DNA of 64,000 nucleotides from Roseimaritima ulvae (GTDB lineage: Bacteria > Planctomycetota > Planctomycetia > Pirellulales > Pirellulaceae): assembly GCF_008065135.1 (NCBI RefSeq), contig NZ_CP042914.1, positions 3,699,404 through 3,763,403 of the forward strand. The letters run 5' to 3'. The translations under genes were made by a program, and so were the position numbers. Every line of letters begins with the position of its first letter. The first letter of the stretch is position 1. The notes below the pieces were generated by a model, which was not told the origin of the DNA, ran no database searches, and was given only the letters and a program-made list of their open reading frames with translations. Below, piece by piece: positions 28,501 through 36,740 of the stretch.

Positions 28501-30840
28501 CGATTCCATGCTGCGGGCCCGTGATTCGATTCCCGTCAAGATGCGATCGGCCGCGTTGGCCAAGGATTCGGCGCGGCGATTCCGCTTTTCGACCAGCTGG
28601 ACTTTGCGGCTTTCAAAGGCGTTGTACAACTCTTCGCGGCGTTCGGTCAGTTGCTCGATGAACTCGTCAAATTCGGCGAACCGTCCTTCCAGTTCTTCCA
28701 GCTGGACCATTACTTTGGTCAGATACTGTTCACACTTTTCGGGCGTGTCACAGATATCCAAATAGCCAGCAACGGTTTGTTCCAGCAATTTCAGTTGCGA
28801 GGCGAATTCCGCTCGGCCTTCGCCGCTGGCCAATTCACTGGTGCGGGCTTTCAAACGGCTGCGGACGCGGTTCAGCGAGGCAAAAACGTCGCTGATCTGA
28901 TCGATGATCTGGGTGCGTTTGGTGGTGTCATCGATTTGCAGATTACTGACCGTTTCGGTCAACAGTTCCAATTGCCCCGAGGCTTCGTCGATATGTTCGT
29001 CCAGCTTTTTGGCATCCGCAACCGTAGCCACCGATTCGACCTGTTGCTCGGTATCGAGCACGCGTTGCCGGTAAGGTTGCAGGGCATCGTCTTGCAGTAG
29101 GAAATCCACGCAGCGACGGCTGACGCGTTCGCTGCGTTCGGCGATATCGGTCTCCAGTGCATCGATGCGTTCCCCATCGACGTACCGCAACTCCCGCAAA
29201 CCGATGGCGTGGCCGCGTTGGGTACGCAGCTGAGCCAGGGCATCGACAAAGGCGTCTATGTTGTCGAACCGCGAACGTTCGATCGACTTGATAAGCGTTT
29301 CCACGGCCTGTTCGACCGCGGATGTCTTTTCCTCGGTGTCACGGCGGACGCGGACCACACGTTCGAATTCTTCGATGGCTGCGTTTGCGGTATCACGGAT
29401 GGAACGCAGCGGTTCATCCAGACGCTGGGTTTCGGGTTTATCCAACCAGAAATAGCTGTCCAGGACATCGCCCGACTTCTTGGCCAAATCAACGTACAAG
29501 CCGTCGTAGCTGTCGTCCTTGTCGATCAACTGCATGATTTCGCTGCATTCGGCCATGCCGCGAACCAGTTCTTTGTTGCCGATTTTGAACAGCAGCGAGT
29601 CGGTGTTGCTGTGGGCCACGTAGTCGGGGCCGGTAAACGGCGTCTGCCATAATTGAATGGCGTGATGTTTCTGCGGCTGTTCCTGCGCCCGGAAGCAAAC
29701 CATCAGACCATCGTCGAAAAACGTCTGTCCGTTACAGATCAGCGGCGTATCGACCTCTTGGCGAATCAGGTTGTAACGCAGTTGGACGTAGGTGCCGTGG
29801 GCATGATTATAAAACAGGTACAGGAAGTCTTCGCCGTTGCTGGCCGCAATCGATCGCGCATAAACCATCTCCGACAGCCCATGGTCGAAGCGCTTAAAAT
29901 CCCCGGTTTGCAGATAGTAGCCGCCGGAAAAAATGATGCCGTGGTCATCGGGCAACAGGATGCAGGCGTGTTGGATATCATCCAGCCGCATCGCCTTTTG
30001 AATCTTGGCGTTAAACAGCAGGTAGCGAGCATCCCGTTCTTGATAGGGATGCATCTTCAGCAGGATCAGGTTTCCCAGTGTGGCCCAGTGGACTTCCGCG
30101 TCGTCCAGCGTCTGATCGGGGTTGTCGACCGGTTCGGCGTAGATGCCTTTCCCGGACGCCGTGTTATCCTCCACTTTGACCGTCAGGTCACCGCCCACCG
30201 TTTCCACGAACACGCGATCTTCAATGGAGATGTGCGGGTGTTCGCCATAGCGGTGTTGATCCCGCGTGGCTCGCTGCCACACGAATTCATGCTGCGAAGG
30301 GTAGACAACCTCGTGATCGCTGCGGTTGTCAATGTATTCAAAGCGGCTGCCCACACGCCGCCATTTAAAGGTCTTGATGTCCGACTCGGACTTGCCGACC
30401 TGGAACACCATATAGACAAACGGTCCGGCGGTGAAGAACTTTGCGAAAGTTGTGTTGCGATAGAATCGGTACAGTTCGTGAAAATCGCGTTCAAAGCGAT
30501 CGTCGTCGATCATCTCCTTCAGCGGGGCCGCGTGGAAGGTGCGATCTTTCAGGCAGTAAACGCCAAACACATCTTCCAGAGTGGTTTCGGTCTTCAAGCC
30601 GAACTGGACGTTGTAGCCGAACAGAAACTGGTTACCGATGGCGATCAAATCCCGCGGCACACAATTGTGCTCGGTCGTTATCCGCTCGGTGGCCAGCAGC
30701 TGTGTTTGGATATTGCCAAACGTCGCTGAGCGTTCCTCGTTGAGCGTTTCGATCCGGCTACGAAGCTTGCCCGCCGCATCACGCAAGCGGTTGCGAAGCA
30801 CCTCGTAGGTACCGGTTGTCATCGAAGTATCGGCAGTCAA
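25567..30840 (-). CDS. Giant (1757 aa) P-loop ATPase. The AAA+ core (Walker A LLLISPPGYGKTTLMEYIANRL, Walker B NVLLYLDDIQ) sits at ~residues 1115-1300. It is preceded by ~1100 aa including a long coiled-coil region and followed by ~450 aa of unknown function.
   Basis: Walker A and B motifs are read directly. The PPGxGKTT form resembles the RuvB/clamp-loader clade. No transmembrane segment is seen. It is the last gene of the YqiJ-like / flotillin operon. Confidence 0.7.
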   Translation of the reverse strand: MTADTSMTTGTYEVLRNRLRDAAGKLRSRIETLNEERSATFGNIQTQLLATERITTEHNCVPRDLIAIGNQFLFGYNVQFGLKTETTLEDVFGVYCLKDRTFHAAPLKEMIDDDRFERDFHELYRFYRNTTFAKFFTAGPFVYMVFQVGKSESDIKTFKWRRVGSRFEYIDNRSDHEVVYPSQHEFVWQRATRDQHRYGEHPHISIEDRVFVETVGGDLTVKVEDNTASGKGIYAEPVDNPDQTLDDAEVHWATLGNLILLKMHPYQERDARYLLFNAKIQKAMRLDDIQHACILLPDDHGIIFSGGYYLQTGDFKRFDHGLSEMVYARSIAASNGEDFLYLFYNHAHGTYVQLRYNLIRQEVDTPLICNGQTFFDDGLMVCFRAQEQPQKHHAIQLWQTPFTGPDYVAHSNTDSLLFKIGNKELVRGMAECSEIMQLIDKDDSYDGLYVDLAKKSGDVLDSYFWLDKPETQRLDEPLRSIRDTANAAIEEFERVVRVRRDTEEKTSAVEQAVETLIKSIERSRFDNIDAFVDALAQLRTQRGHAIGLRELRYVDGERIDALETDIAERSERVSRRCVDFLLQDDALQPYRQRVLDTEQQVESVATVADAKKLDEHIDEASGQLELLTETVSNLQIDDTTKRTQIIDQISDVFASLNRVRSRLKARTSELASGEGRAEFASQLKLLEQTVAGYLDICDTPEKCEQYLTKVMVQLEELEGRFAEFDEFIEQLTERREELYNAFESRKVQLVEKRNRRAESLANAADRILTGIESRARSMESADEILAYFAADLMVDKIRGIVTNLMELDDAVRVEDIQSRLKTIREDSLRQLKDRQDLYEDGGDTIRLGRHRFAVNTQKLDLTTVLRDQQICLHLTGTQFFEPLVHEDLQAAEDLWTQDLANENNELYRAEYLAVDLFQQWRAIERQARPAVDDNWLRQQISGRFAEGYAKGVHDHDALAILTTLIDIDNKIGLLRHRPTVRAAAWLWWLRLLDPQLREQLTEWIGGFANLARAYPNAQPAREFRQRLVRLLNDPTAEHTPRDASSLSWTELFPQVGAEEIAAYLFDQLVDPANHLTCSGRVAALLTAFNDSLPAIDRRRLLEQSIEANADHPLQAFVLGRNWADAFLAAHPQTDALDPVEAYRDELAIRIAFADDQEFVAQDVNIAVRLEGLAGAHPRIQKGQLTVQYHELLERVGRYRSEVVPRYERLQTTKLRLVDEARDDMRLEEFRPRVLTSFVRNQLLDEVYLPLIGDNLAKQIGVTGEGKRTDRMGLLLLISPPGYGKTTLMEYIANRLGLVFMKINGPAIGHNVTSLDPDEAPNAAAREEVERLNLALEMGDNVLLYLDDIQHTHPEFLQKFISLCDATRKIEGVRNGRTRTFDLRGRRVAVVMAGNPYTESGARFQIPDMLSNRADVYNLGEIIGESRDAFEISYLENCLTSNTVLAPLASASPSDARALIHAAERNSLDGLEMESSFSADQVREMFEVLKKLLKVRDCVLKVNRQYIRSAAQADAYRTEPPFKLQGSYRNMNRIAERVVAVMNEDELQALIIGNYEQDAQTLTTDNESNVLKFKELNGLLTKEEKERWEAIKYAYVESVKMAGLDSDDQAGQLMRQLGSMRDGLESIRQVIARAVAAHDDSAEVRMDERVDGLRQSFSNAGQQLTEAINKTSKQLQQISEFQASNPPDQNVIVQHKVPRVMLDLVRGQFHLMQEWMRPLMLEAGENGRQLDDLKKLIESTLADYDRIRNELEDASDSP

Positions 30841-30934
30841 CTTTATGCCTCACACTTGCACTCGGTGGCGACGCTCGCCGGAGCGTGGAAAACCCACCTT
30901 CTGGCGAAGGTAGCTACGGAAGGTATCAGGAGCG

Positions 30935-33067
30935 TTACGAAACCGTTCCGTTGGACTTGTCCGCCGAATTCTGCACCGTCAACCGACGCACCGGCTGATC
31001 GGCTACGCCGGCGGTCCCGGCCATGCCCAGCAAGGACGTCAGCTGTTGGCGAACGTCATCGGTTTCGGCCAGCCCCATCAGTTTGGCGATCAAGGCCGCG
31101 ATCGAGAGGTCTTTGACGTCGCCGGTATCCAGATTGAACTGCTGGGTCAGCGTCATCAGCTTGTCGCGGAAGTACTCCGGATTGCCGCTGAAGAACGTGT
31201 CTTTAACGTCGGTCGCGACGCGGCTGTTGTAGACAAAGCGATCGATCGCCTTGCCGCCCTTGACGGCCGAGGTGATCTGGTCGAAGAATTCGCCATCGCC
31301 GCCGACGATGTCGATACGGGCGGCACGCAGGGCATCGCCCACGACACCGGCCTGACTTTCGGCGATGCCACGCTGGGCATTGATGGCTGCGATTTCGACG
31401 TCCTTCTCTTTCTCGATCTTGATCTTGAACTCTTCGTGTTCTTTGCCCACGCCGTCCAGCTTCTTCATGGCGTCGGCCTTTTCGGTGATGCCCGTCGCTT
31501 CGCTGTGGTATTTCTCCAGCGAGACCTTGGCTTCGGCCAGTCCCTGTTTCTCCATCGCTTCGGCTTTGGCTTCGATGCCCTTGGCTTCGGCAACGGCTTT
31601 CTTCTCCAGTACGGCGGCTTCGGCCAAGCCTTCTTTCTGCAGCGCGTCCGCTTTGGCTTCCTGAACCTGAGCGTCGGCCAAGCCCGGGGCGGCAGTGGTC
31701 GCGGCGGAACCCTCGGCGATCATCTTTGCCGCAGCGGCGTCCTTTTCGGCGGCGTCGCGTTTGGCTTCGGCTTCCACGCGGATCTTTTCGGCGAACAGGT
31801 CGGCGGCTTCGCGTTCGGCTTGAGCGGCTTTGACCTGTTTGATCAGGTTTTCTTCGGCACTCATTTCGGCAGCGGTGACCTGGACTTTTTTCAGTCGTTC
31901 GGCCATGGCGATCTCTTCGGTGTCCTTGATCCGTTCCTGCTCTTCCACAACGGCTCGTTCGACGGCAACCCGTTCGCGAATGACTTCCTGGATATTACGT
32001 TTTTCGACTTCGATGGCCTTTTCTTTTTCGATGTCCGCAACGCCGACCAACCGCATGCGTTCGGTCATTTCCAGGTCACGGTCGCGGGTGACACGCTCCT
32101 GTTCGACGGCGTCGGTGCGTTCCTTGTTGCGTTGGGCCACAAGGATCTGACGCAATTTGTTTTCTTCGGCGATTCCCAATTCTTCTTCGGTGCGAATCCG
32201 GGCGCGAACCGACTCGAGTCGTTGTTCTTCTTCGACTTTGGCGGCCGAGGCGTGTTCGCGAGCTTTGATTTCGGCGATTTCGCGAGTCTGTTTTTCGACC
32301 GCTTCGACGCGCTGCCGTTCCAGTTCCAGAATCGTTTCTTCCGCTTCCACGTCCTGTTTCTTCAGTGTCTTTTCTTTGTCACGAGTGAACTGGTTTTCTT
32401 TGACCTTCTCGCTGGCCGTCAGTTCCGTGATCTTCTTGATGCCTTCGGCGTCCAAAATATTGTGAGGATTCAGCAGATCCAGCGACGTCTGTTCCAGGAA
32501 GTCGATGGCGGCGTCATCCAGTCGGTAACCGTTCAAGTCGGTACCGATAACTTTCAGAATTTCGCCTTTGAATTCTTCTCGTTGTTCGTACAGGTCGACG
32601 AAGTCGAATTGCTTGCCAACGGTTTTTAACGCTTCACTGAATTTGGCATCAAAGAGTTCACGCAGCGTTTCTAGTTGGCTGCAGCGTTTGGCGCCGATCG
32701 ATTGCGCGACTTCCTTAATCTCTTCAGGGGACTTATCGACGCGAATAAAAAAGGCCACGCGGATGTCGGCGCGGATGTTGTCGCGGCAGATCAGGCCTTC
32801 GGACCCCGTTCTCGCGATTTCAAAACTTTTCAACGTCAGGTCCATGTGTTCCTTGCGTTGCAGCAGAGGGATCACAAAGATGCCGCCCGCCGTGCAGGTT
32901 CTCAGCCCGCCGGCACCACTTCGCACGACCGCTTCATCGGGACCGACTTTGACGTAGTACTTGCTGGCGACAATCACCAACAGGAGCAACATCATCATGG
33001 CGATGCCAATCACGACTAGCCCCGTCTGGGTTAGCTCGGATAAACCAAACAATATGGGAAGCATCAT
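30935..33067 (-). CDS. Flotillin-like SPFH/band-7 protein (YqiK/FloT-like), with an N-terminal TM helix, SPFH core and ~400 aa of E/K/A-rich coiled coil
   Basis: The N-terminal hydrophobic helix is followed by the SPFH-like region (VVRSGAGG...IFVIPLLQR...DNIRADIRVAFFIRV). The long EA-rich heptad segments are typical of flotillins. Confidence 0.8.
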   Translation of the reverse strand: MMLPILFGLSELTQTGLVVIGIAMMMLLLLVIVASKYYVKVGPDEAVVRSGAGGLRTCTAGGIFVIPLLQRKEHMDLTLKSFEIARTGSEGLICRDNIRADIRVAFFIRVDKSPEEIKEVAQSIGAKRCSQLETLRELFDAKFSEALKTVGKQFDFVDLYEQREEFKGEILKVIGTDLNGYRLDDAAIDFLEQTSLDLLNPHNILDAEGIKKITELTASEKVKENQFTRDKEKTLKKQDVEAEETILELERQRVEAVEKQTREIAEIKAREHASAAKVEEEQRLESVRARIRTEEELGIAEENKLRQILVAQRNKERTDAVEQERVTRDRDLEMTERMRLVGVADIEKEKAIEVEKRNIQEVIRERVAVERAVVEEQERIKDTEEIAMAERLKKVQVTAAEMSAEENLIKQVKAAQAEREAADLFAEKIRVEAEAKRDAAEKDAAAAKMIAEGSAATTAAPGLADAQVQEAKADALQKEGLAEAAVLEKKAVAEAKGIEAKAEAMEKQGLAEAKVSLEKYHSEATGITEKADAMKKLDGVGKEHEEFKIKIEKEKDVEIAAINAQRGIAESQAGVVGDALRAARIDIVGGDGEFFDQITSAVKGGKAIDRFVYNSRVATDVKDTFFSGNPEYFRDKLMTLTQQFNLDTGDVKDLSIAALIAKLMGLAETDDVRQQLTSLLGMAGTAGVADQPVRRLTVQNSADKSNGTVS

Positions 33068-33876
33068 GAGGGCACCTCGGAGTCCGCTTGGGAGACGATG
33101 TAGATTCGAGTGTGAGGATCAAACCCAACGATTCGGGCTCGGTCGCCTTTCTTCATCAGGCATCCGTCCGTACGGATGTTCAACAGTAGGGGAGCCGCGT
33201 CGGTCTTAAAGCGTGCTTGACCGAATTTTTCGGTAGCCTGAGCCGTCCAGACGACACATTCTTGTCCCATTAGGTTGGCCGCGTTGTACTGAAGTTCGGG
33301 CGCGAAAATTTTGGTCATCGGTCCGGTTGCCAATTTGGTCAATCCGACGGCGACCACGAAGTTTCTGGCCGAGAGCCCAATACTAGTTAGAAGCGTAGGT
33401 TGGTATCGGGAAAAGTCAAAATGGTTCCAGAACAGCCACGACACGCACCAAAACAGCAGAGTAAACGTGCCCGCCCAGATGATGATGGGGATCTTGCCCA
33501 GGTTCAGCCAGCGGAGCGTCATCATTCCCGCGCCGCCCATTAGATCCGAGGCGTCGTGGCCCACGTCGACGTCCGCCGCCGTCTCGACATCGACGTCAAA
33601 ATCGGCATCCGCCGCGTCCGGCAATCCCGCGGCCACTTCGGGGGCATCCAGATCGGCGCCCAAGTCCCCGACGAGATCTCCGCCCAGATCGGCGTCGGGG
33701 CCGTCCAGATCCATGTCCACGGCACCGACCAGCGACAGCAGCAGATAAGCGATCAACAGCCCCATCAGAACCGACGCCGGCCACATGGGTCCAATGAATA
33801 CGGAATCTAGAAACGTTTCAACAGCGTTCCACACGGGTACGGCGACCTTGCAAACGAGGACTTGGAGAGTTGCCAA
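33064..33876 (-). CDS. YqiJ/NfeD-like membrane protein (DUF1449-like: TM helices, acidic linker, C-terminal OB-fold-like beta domain). It has a 4-nt ATGA overlap with the flotillin gene.
   Basis: The gene order and overlap copy E. coli yqiJ-yqiK. It has 3-4 TM segments and a C-terminal region (VVWTAQATEKFGQARFKTD...RARIVGFDPHTRIYIV) consistent with an NfeD-type OB fold. Confidence 0.6.
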   Translation of the reverse strand: MATLQVLVCKVAVPVWNAVETFLDSVFIGPMWPASVLMGLLIAYLLLSLVGAVDMDLDGPDADLGGDLVGDLGADLDAPEVAAGLPDAADADFDVDVETAADVDVGHDASDLMGGAGMMTLRWLNLGKIPIIIWAGTFTLLFWCVSWLFWNHFDFSRYQPTLLTSIGLSARNFVVAVGLTKLATGPMTKIFAPELQYNAANLMGQECVVWTAQATEKFGQARFKTDAAPLLLNIRTDGCLMKKGDRARIVGFDPHTRIYIVSQADSEVPS

Positions 33877-33968
33877 TAGTTTACCGCCCCAGACGGCTAC
33901 CTGCCCCCTGCCCGCACGGTCTTCCTGGCGACTCCCCTAGCTAGGCTCGACCGGCAGCTGATCGGGGC

Positions 33969-34006
33969 GCGTTTTTTGCTTTTTTCGCCGCCGACGCAAA
34001 AAACGC
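33969..34006. promoter_or_regulatory. 11-bp perfect inverted repeat (gcgttttttgc-N16-gcaaaaaacgc) in the divergent promoter region between the flotillin operon and the DUF1851-like gene
   Basis: Read directly. Its position between divergent starts suggests an operator rather than a terminator. Confidence 0.4.
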
Positions 34007-34096
34007 CTGCACTATCGGTCTGCCGGGTGTGTGATATTCTGCATCCTCGTTTTATCCGTTTTTAGCGCTCCGACGAGCGAAGCTGCGAGAACCGCC

Positions 34097-34591
34097 ATGA
34101 AAATCACCTGGAAAGAACTGACGTTAAATCCCGACGACATGGATTTTGACGAACTGCTGAGCGATTGGCGGTGGTTGGTGCCCGAGTCGATGGTGCCGAT
34201 CGTGGTCACCGCCCTGGGCGACCTGTTCCTCCAGGACGACGACAACCGCGTGCATTGGTTGGACACTGGAGCGGGAACGCTGGAGCAGGTGGCGTCCAGT
34301 TTGCCGGAATTCGAACAGAAGATCGTCCAGCCCGAAAATGCGGATCGCTGGTTCCTGCCCCAGCTGATCGGCGACCTGATCGACGATGAAAAACGCTTGG
34401 GACCCGGACAATGCTACAGCTGGGACGTGCCCCCGGGACTGAGCGGTGAAGTCTGCGTCGACAACGTCGAACCCAAAGACATCCGCGTGCATTTCTCGCT
34501 GTTCGGTCAGATTTTTCAGCAAACCAAAGATCTGCCCGAAGGCACGCCGATCACCGAGATCGTGATCGAAGACGACGAGCCCTCAGAGTAG
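34097..34591 (+). CDS. DUF1851 / Tdi1-like (SMI1-KNR4-related) immunity-type protein. The ORF track starts at 34031, but the MKITWKEL start is preferred.
   Basis: The pattern ...VVTALGDLFLQDDDNRVHWLDTGAGTLEQVASSLPEFEQ... matches the GDlfl..dG.v.flD...G.le.ia.sfeeF core I associate with DUF1851 (C-terminal domain of T6SS immunity Tdi1). Confidence 0.5.
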   Translation: MKITWKELTLNPDDMDFDELLSDWRWLVPESMVPIVVTALGDLFLQDDDNRVHWLDTGAGTLEQVASSLPEFEQKIVQPENADRWFLPQLIGDLIDDEKRLGPGQCYSWDVPPGLSGEVCVDNVEPKDIRVHFSLFGQIFQQTKDLPEGTPITEIVIEDDEPSE

Positions 34592-34959
34592 TTTGGTAGC
34601 CGTACCTTGCCTCGGGTTCAATCCTCTGTCCCCCATTTCTCTGTCGACGCCGGTTGTGAGGGCTGTCGACTGACAAAGGAATGCAGGAAAGAGGAATGTA
34701 GCAGGTTGTCGTGATTCCGTAGTCGTTGCTCGCTCCGGAGACGCGGCGTCGTGCCGAATTTTCAGCTGGGCGTCCCGCTCTGGGCATCTTCCTGTCACCG
34801 ATCTTCCTGTCACTCACCCGAGCGCCGAAAGAAGTTAACCACAGATAAACGCCGATAAACACAGATCGCTCGGTTAGAACAAGAAGCCGCCACGTGAAAC
34901 ATGCAGGCTCCCCATTTTCCTACCCCTAATTTTCCTACTTTCACACCTAGCGCCAGTCG

Positions 34960-35131
34960 TTGCCACGGATTCAATCTTCTGTCCTCCATCCCTCTGTCGA
35001 ATCCCGTCCTCCTGGTTTTTGACCTTCTGCTGGGCGATTGGCGGTTGGTCATACCGAAAAATTGCCCGAGGGTACGCCCAATACCGGTGTCGTGATTGAA
35101 CACAGCGAGCGCTCGGAGTAGGTTGTCCCCG
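34960..35131 (+). pseudogene. Decayed duplicate of the 3' end of the DUF1851-like gene, plus a repeated upstream block
   Basis: 35040-35131 (ggtcataccgaaaaattgcccgagggtacgcccaataccggtgtcgtgattgaacacagcgagcgctcggagtag) aligns with 34517-34591 (gatttttcagcaaaccaaagatctgcccgaaggcacgccgatcaccgagatcgtgatcgaagacgacgagccctcagagtag). 34962-35001 repeats 34613-34652. Confidence 0.55.
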
Positions 35132-35135
35132 GTAC

Positions 35136-36587
35136 TTGGTCTCGCCCGAGATCGAATCAGAATTTCAACTTAGCCGTCCAGCGACTTCGGCTATGGCTGT
35201 ACTGGGAATAGAATCCATGCGTGCGTGTGTAAGTCTGGTGATCGTCGTTTGCTCCGCTGTAACAGCCTGTGCTCAGCAACCCGCGGCGGATTCCGCTGCG
35301 CGGATTGGTACCGGTGACGGCGTCGCCGACGATACGGCGGCCATCCAGGCGGCCGTCGATCGCTCTACCGGTAACATTCAACTAGGCAAAGGGACCTACC
35401 GAATCACCAAGCCGATTGTGATCGACCTGGACAAAGTCACTACGACGGCGATCCATGGCAACGGCGTGGCAAGGATCGTGATGGAAGGCGCCGGGCCCGC
35501 GTTTCGGTTCAAAGGAACGCATCAAGGAACCGCCGCGCCGCGGACCTTCAAGGTTCGTACCTGGGACCGGGAAAGTTCACCAATGGTCGACGGCCTGGAG
35601 ATCGTCGGCAAGCACGCCGAGGCTTGCGGCATCGAAGCCGATGGCACGATGCAATTGACGGTCACACGGGTTGTCGTTCGCGAAGCCTTGCACGGGATCC
35701 ACCTGATCGGCCGTAACCGCAATGTCACGCTGTCCGAATGCCACGTCTTTAATGGAACCGGCGTGGGAGTGTTTTTGGATCATTTGAACCTGCACCAGAT
35801 CAATATCGTGGGTTGTCATATCAGTTACAACGATCGCGGTGGGATCGTGCTGAAAGACAGCGAGGTCCGCAATCTACAGATCGGCAGCTGTGACATCGAA
35901 GGCAACATGGGCGGCGCAGACAGCGAACCGGCGGCCAACATCTTACTCGATGCCAGCGGCACCTCGATCGGCGAAGTCGCCATCACCGGCTGCACCATTC
36001 AACATTCCCACGACGCTCCCAAATCCGCCAATATCCGCATCCTGGGGCGTTCCAAAGCGGTGCCGTTTACTAGCGAACAGCGGCATGGCAACTTTACCAT
36101 CGCCAACAACATCCTCTCCGACGTCCAGGTCAACATCGACATCAAAGACGCTCGCGGCGTGGCCATCACCGGCAACACGATCTGGAAAGGTTTTAGCAGC
36201 AACCTGGTTGTGGAAAACTGCCAAAGCGTGGTGATGAGCGGCAATGTATTCGATCGCAATCCACGTTACGGCTATGGCGACGGTAAAGACGCCAAAGGCG
36301 GGGCCAAGTTCACCGGCTGCAGCGACTGCACGATCAGCGGCAACCACTTTTACGGCAAAGTCGCCGCTGAGGCCGCTTTGGTGCTGCGTCGCTGTCAACG
36401 ACTTAACGTCACCGGCTGTTCCATCTTAGACTATGGCAACTGCGGCCTGCTGCTCGATCAGGTAACCCGCAGCCGAGTGTCGGACTGTCTGATCCGCGAC
36501 GACCGGCCGCAAGCCGAAGGCGTTTCGATCGCGCAATCAGGCGACAACCAAGTTCAGATCAGCGATTGTCAGCTGAGTCACCCGTAG
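35136..36587 (+). CDS. Secreted right-handed parallel beta-helix (pectate-lyase superfamily) protein. The start is probably MAVLGIESM at ~35196, with a signal peptide.
   Basis: It has repeated beta-helix rung motifs (NxxIxxN / GxxxxGC, ITGCTI, ITGNTI, ISGNHF, VTGCSI). Its TAG stop is supplied by the following REP. Confidence 0.65.
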   Translation: MVSPEIESEFQLSRPATSAMAVLGIESMRACVSLVIVVCSAVTACAQQPAADSAARIGTGDGVADDTAAIQAAVDRSTGNIQLGKGTYRITKPIVIDLDKVTTTAIHGNGVARIVMEGAGPAFRFKGTHQGTAAPRTFKVRTWDRESSPMVDGLEIVGKHAEACGIEADGTMQLTVTRVVVREALHGIHLIGRNRNVTLSECHVFNGTGVGVFLDHLNLHQINIVGCHISYNDRGGIVLKDSEVRNLQIGSCDIEGNMGGADSEPAANILLDASGTSIGEVAITGCTIQHSHDAPKSANIRILGRSKAVPFTSEQRHGNFTIANNILSDVQVNIDIKDARGVAITGNTIWKGFSSNLVVENCQSVVMSGNVFDRNPRYGYGDGKDAKGGAKFTGCSDCTISGNHFYGKVAAEAALVLRRCQRLNVTGCSILDYGNCGLLLDQVTRSRVSDCLIRDDRPQAEGVSIAQSGDNQVQISDCQLSHP

Positions 36588-36738
36588 CCGAAGTCGTTCG
36601 ACGGTGGAGGCAGGCCGTTCCCGTCCAATCTCTGGCGCGATCGGCTACGGTGCGCTGCGACCACGCTCTGGTGAGCGTAGCTACGGGGACGCGGTAGTTA
36701 GGATGCGCGGTCCCACGCTCTGGCGAGCGTAGCTACGG
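36584..36738. repeat. REP-B cluster of 4 copies (one degenerate + copy and three - copies)
   Basis: The sequence is gtagccgaagtcgttcgacggtgg ... ctctggcgcgatcggctacgg ... cacgctctggtgagcgtagctacgg ... cacgctctggcgagcgtagctacgg. Confidence 0.7.
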
Positions 36739-36740
36739 TG

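Noticed and set aside
25705-30729. Several 150-360-aa + strand ORFs (25705, 28651, 29209, 29653 etc.)
   Set aside because: All lie antisense within the 1757-aa ATPase gene, whose reading frame is continuous and carries clear Walker motifs.
31046-32629. 527-aa ORF on the + strand
   Set aside because: It is antisense to the flotillin gene. Its F/G/D-rich low-complexity translation mirrors the EA-rich coiled coil on the true strand.
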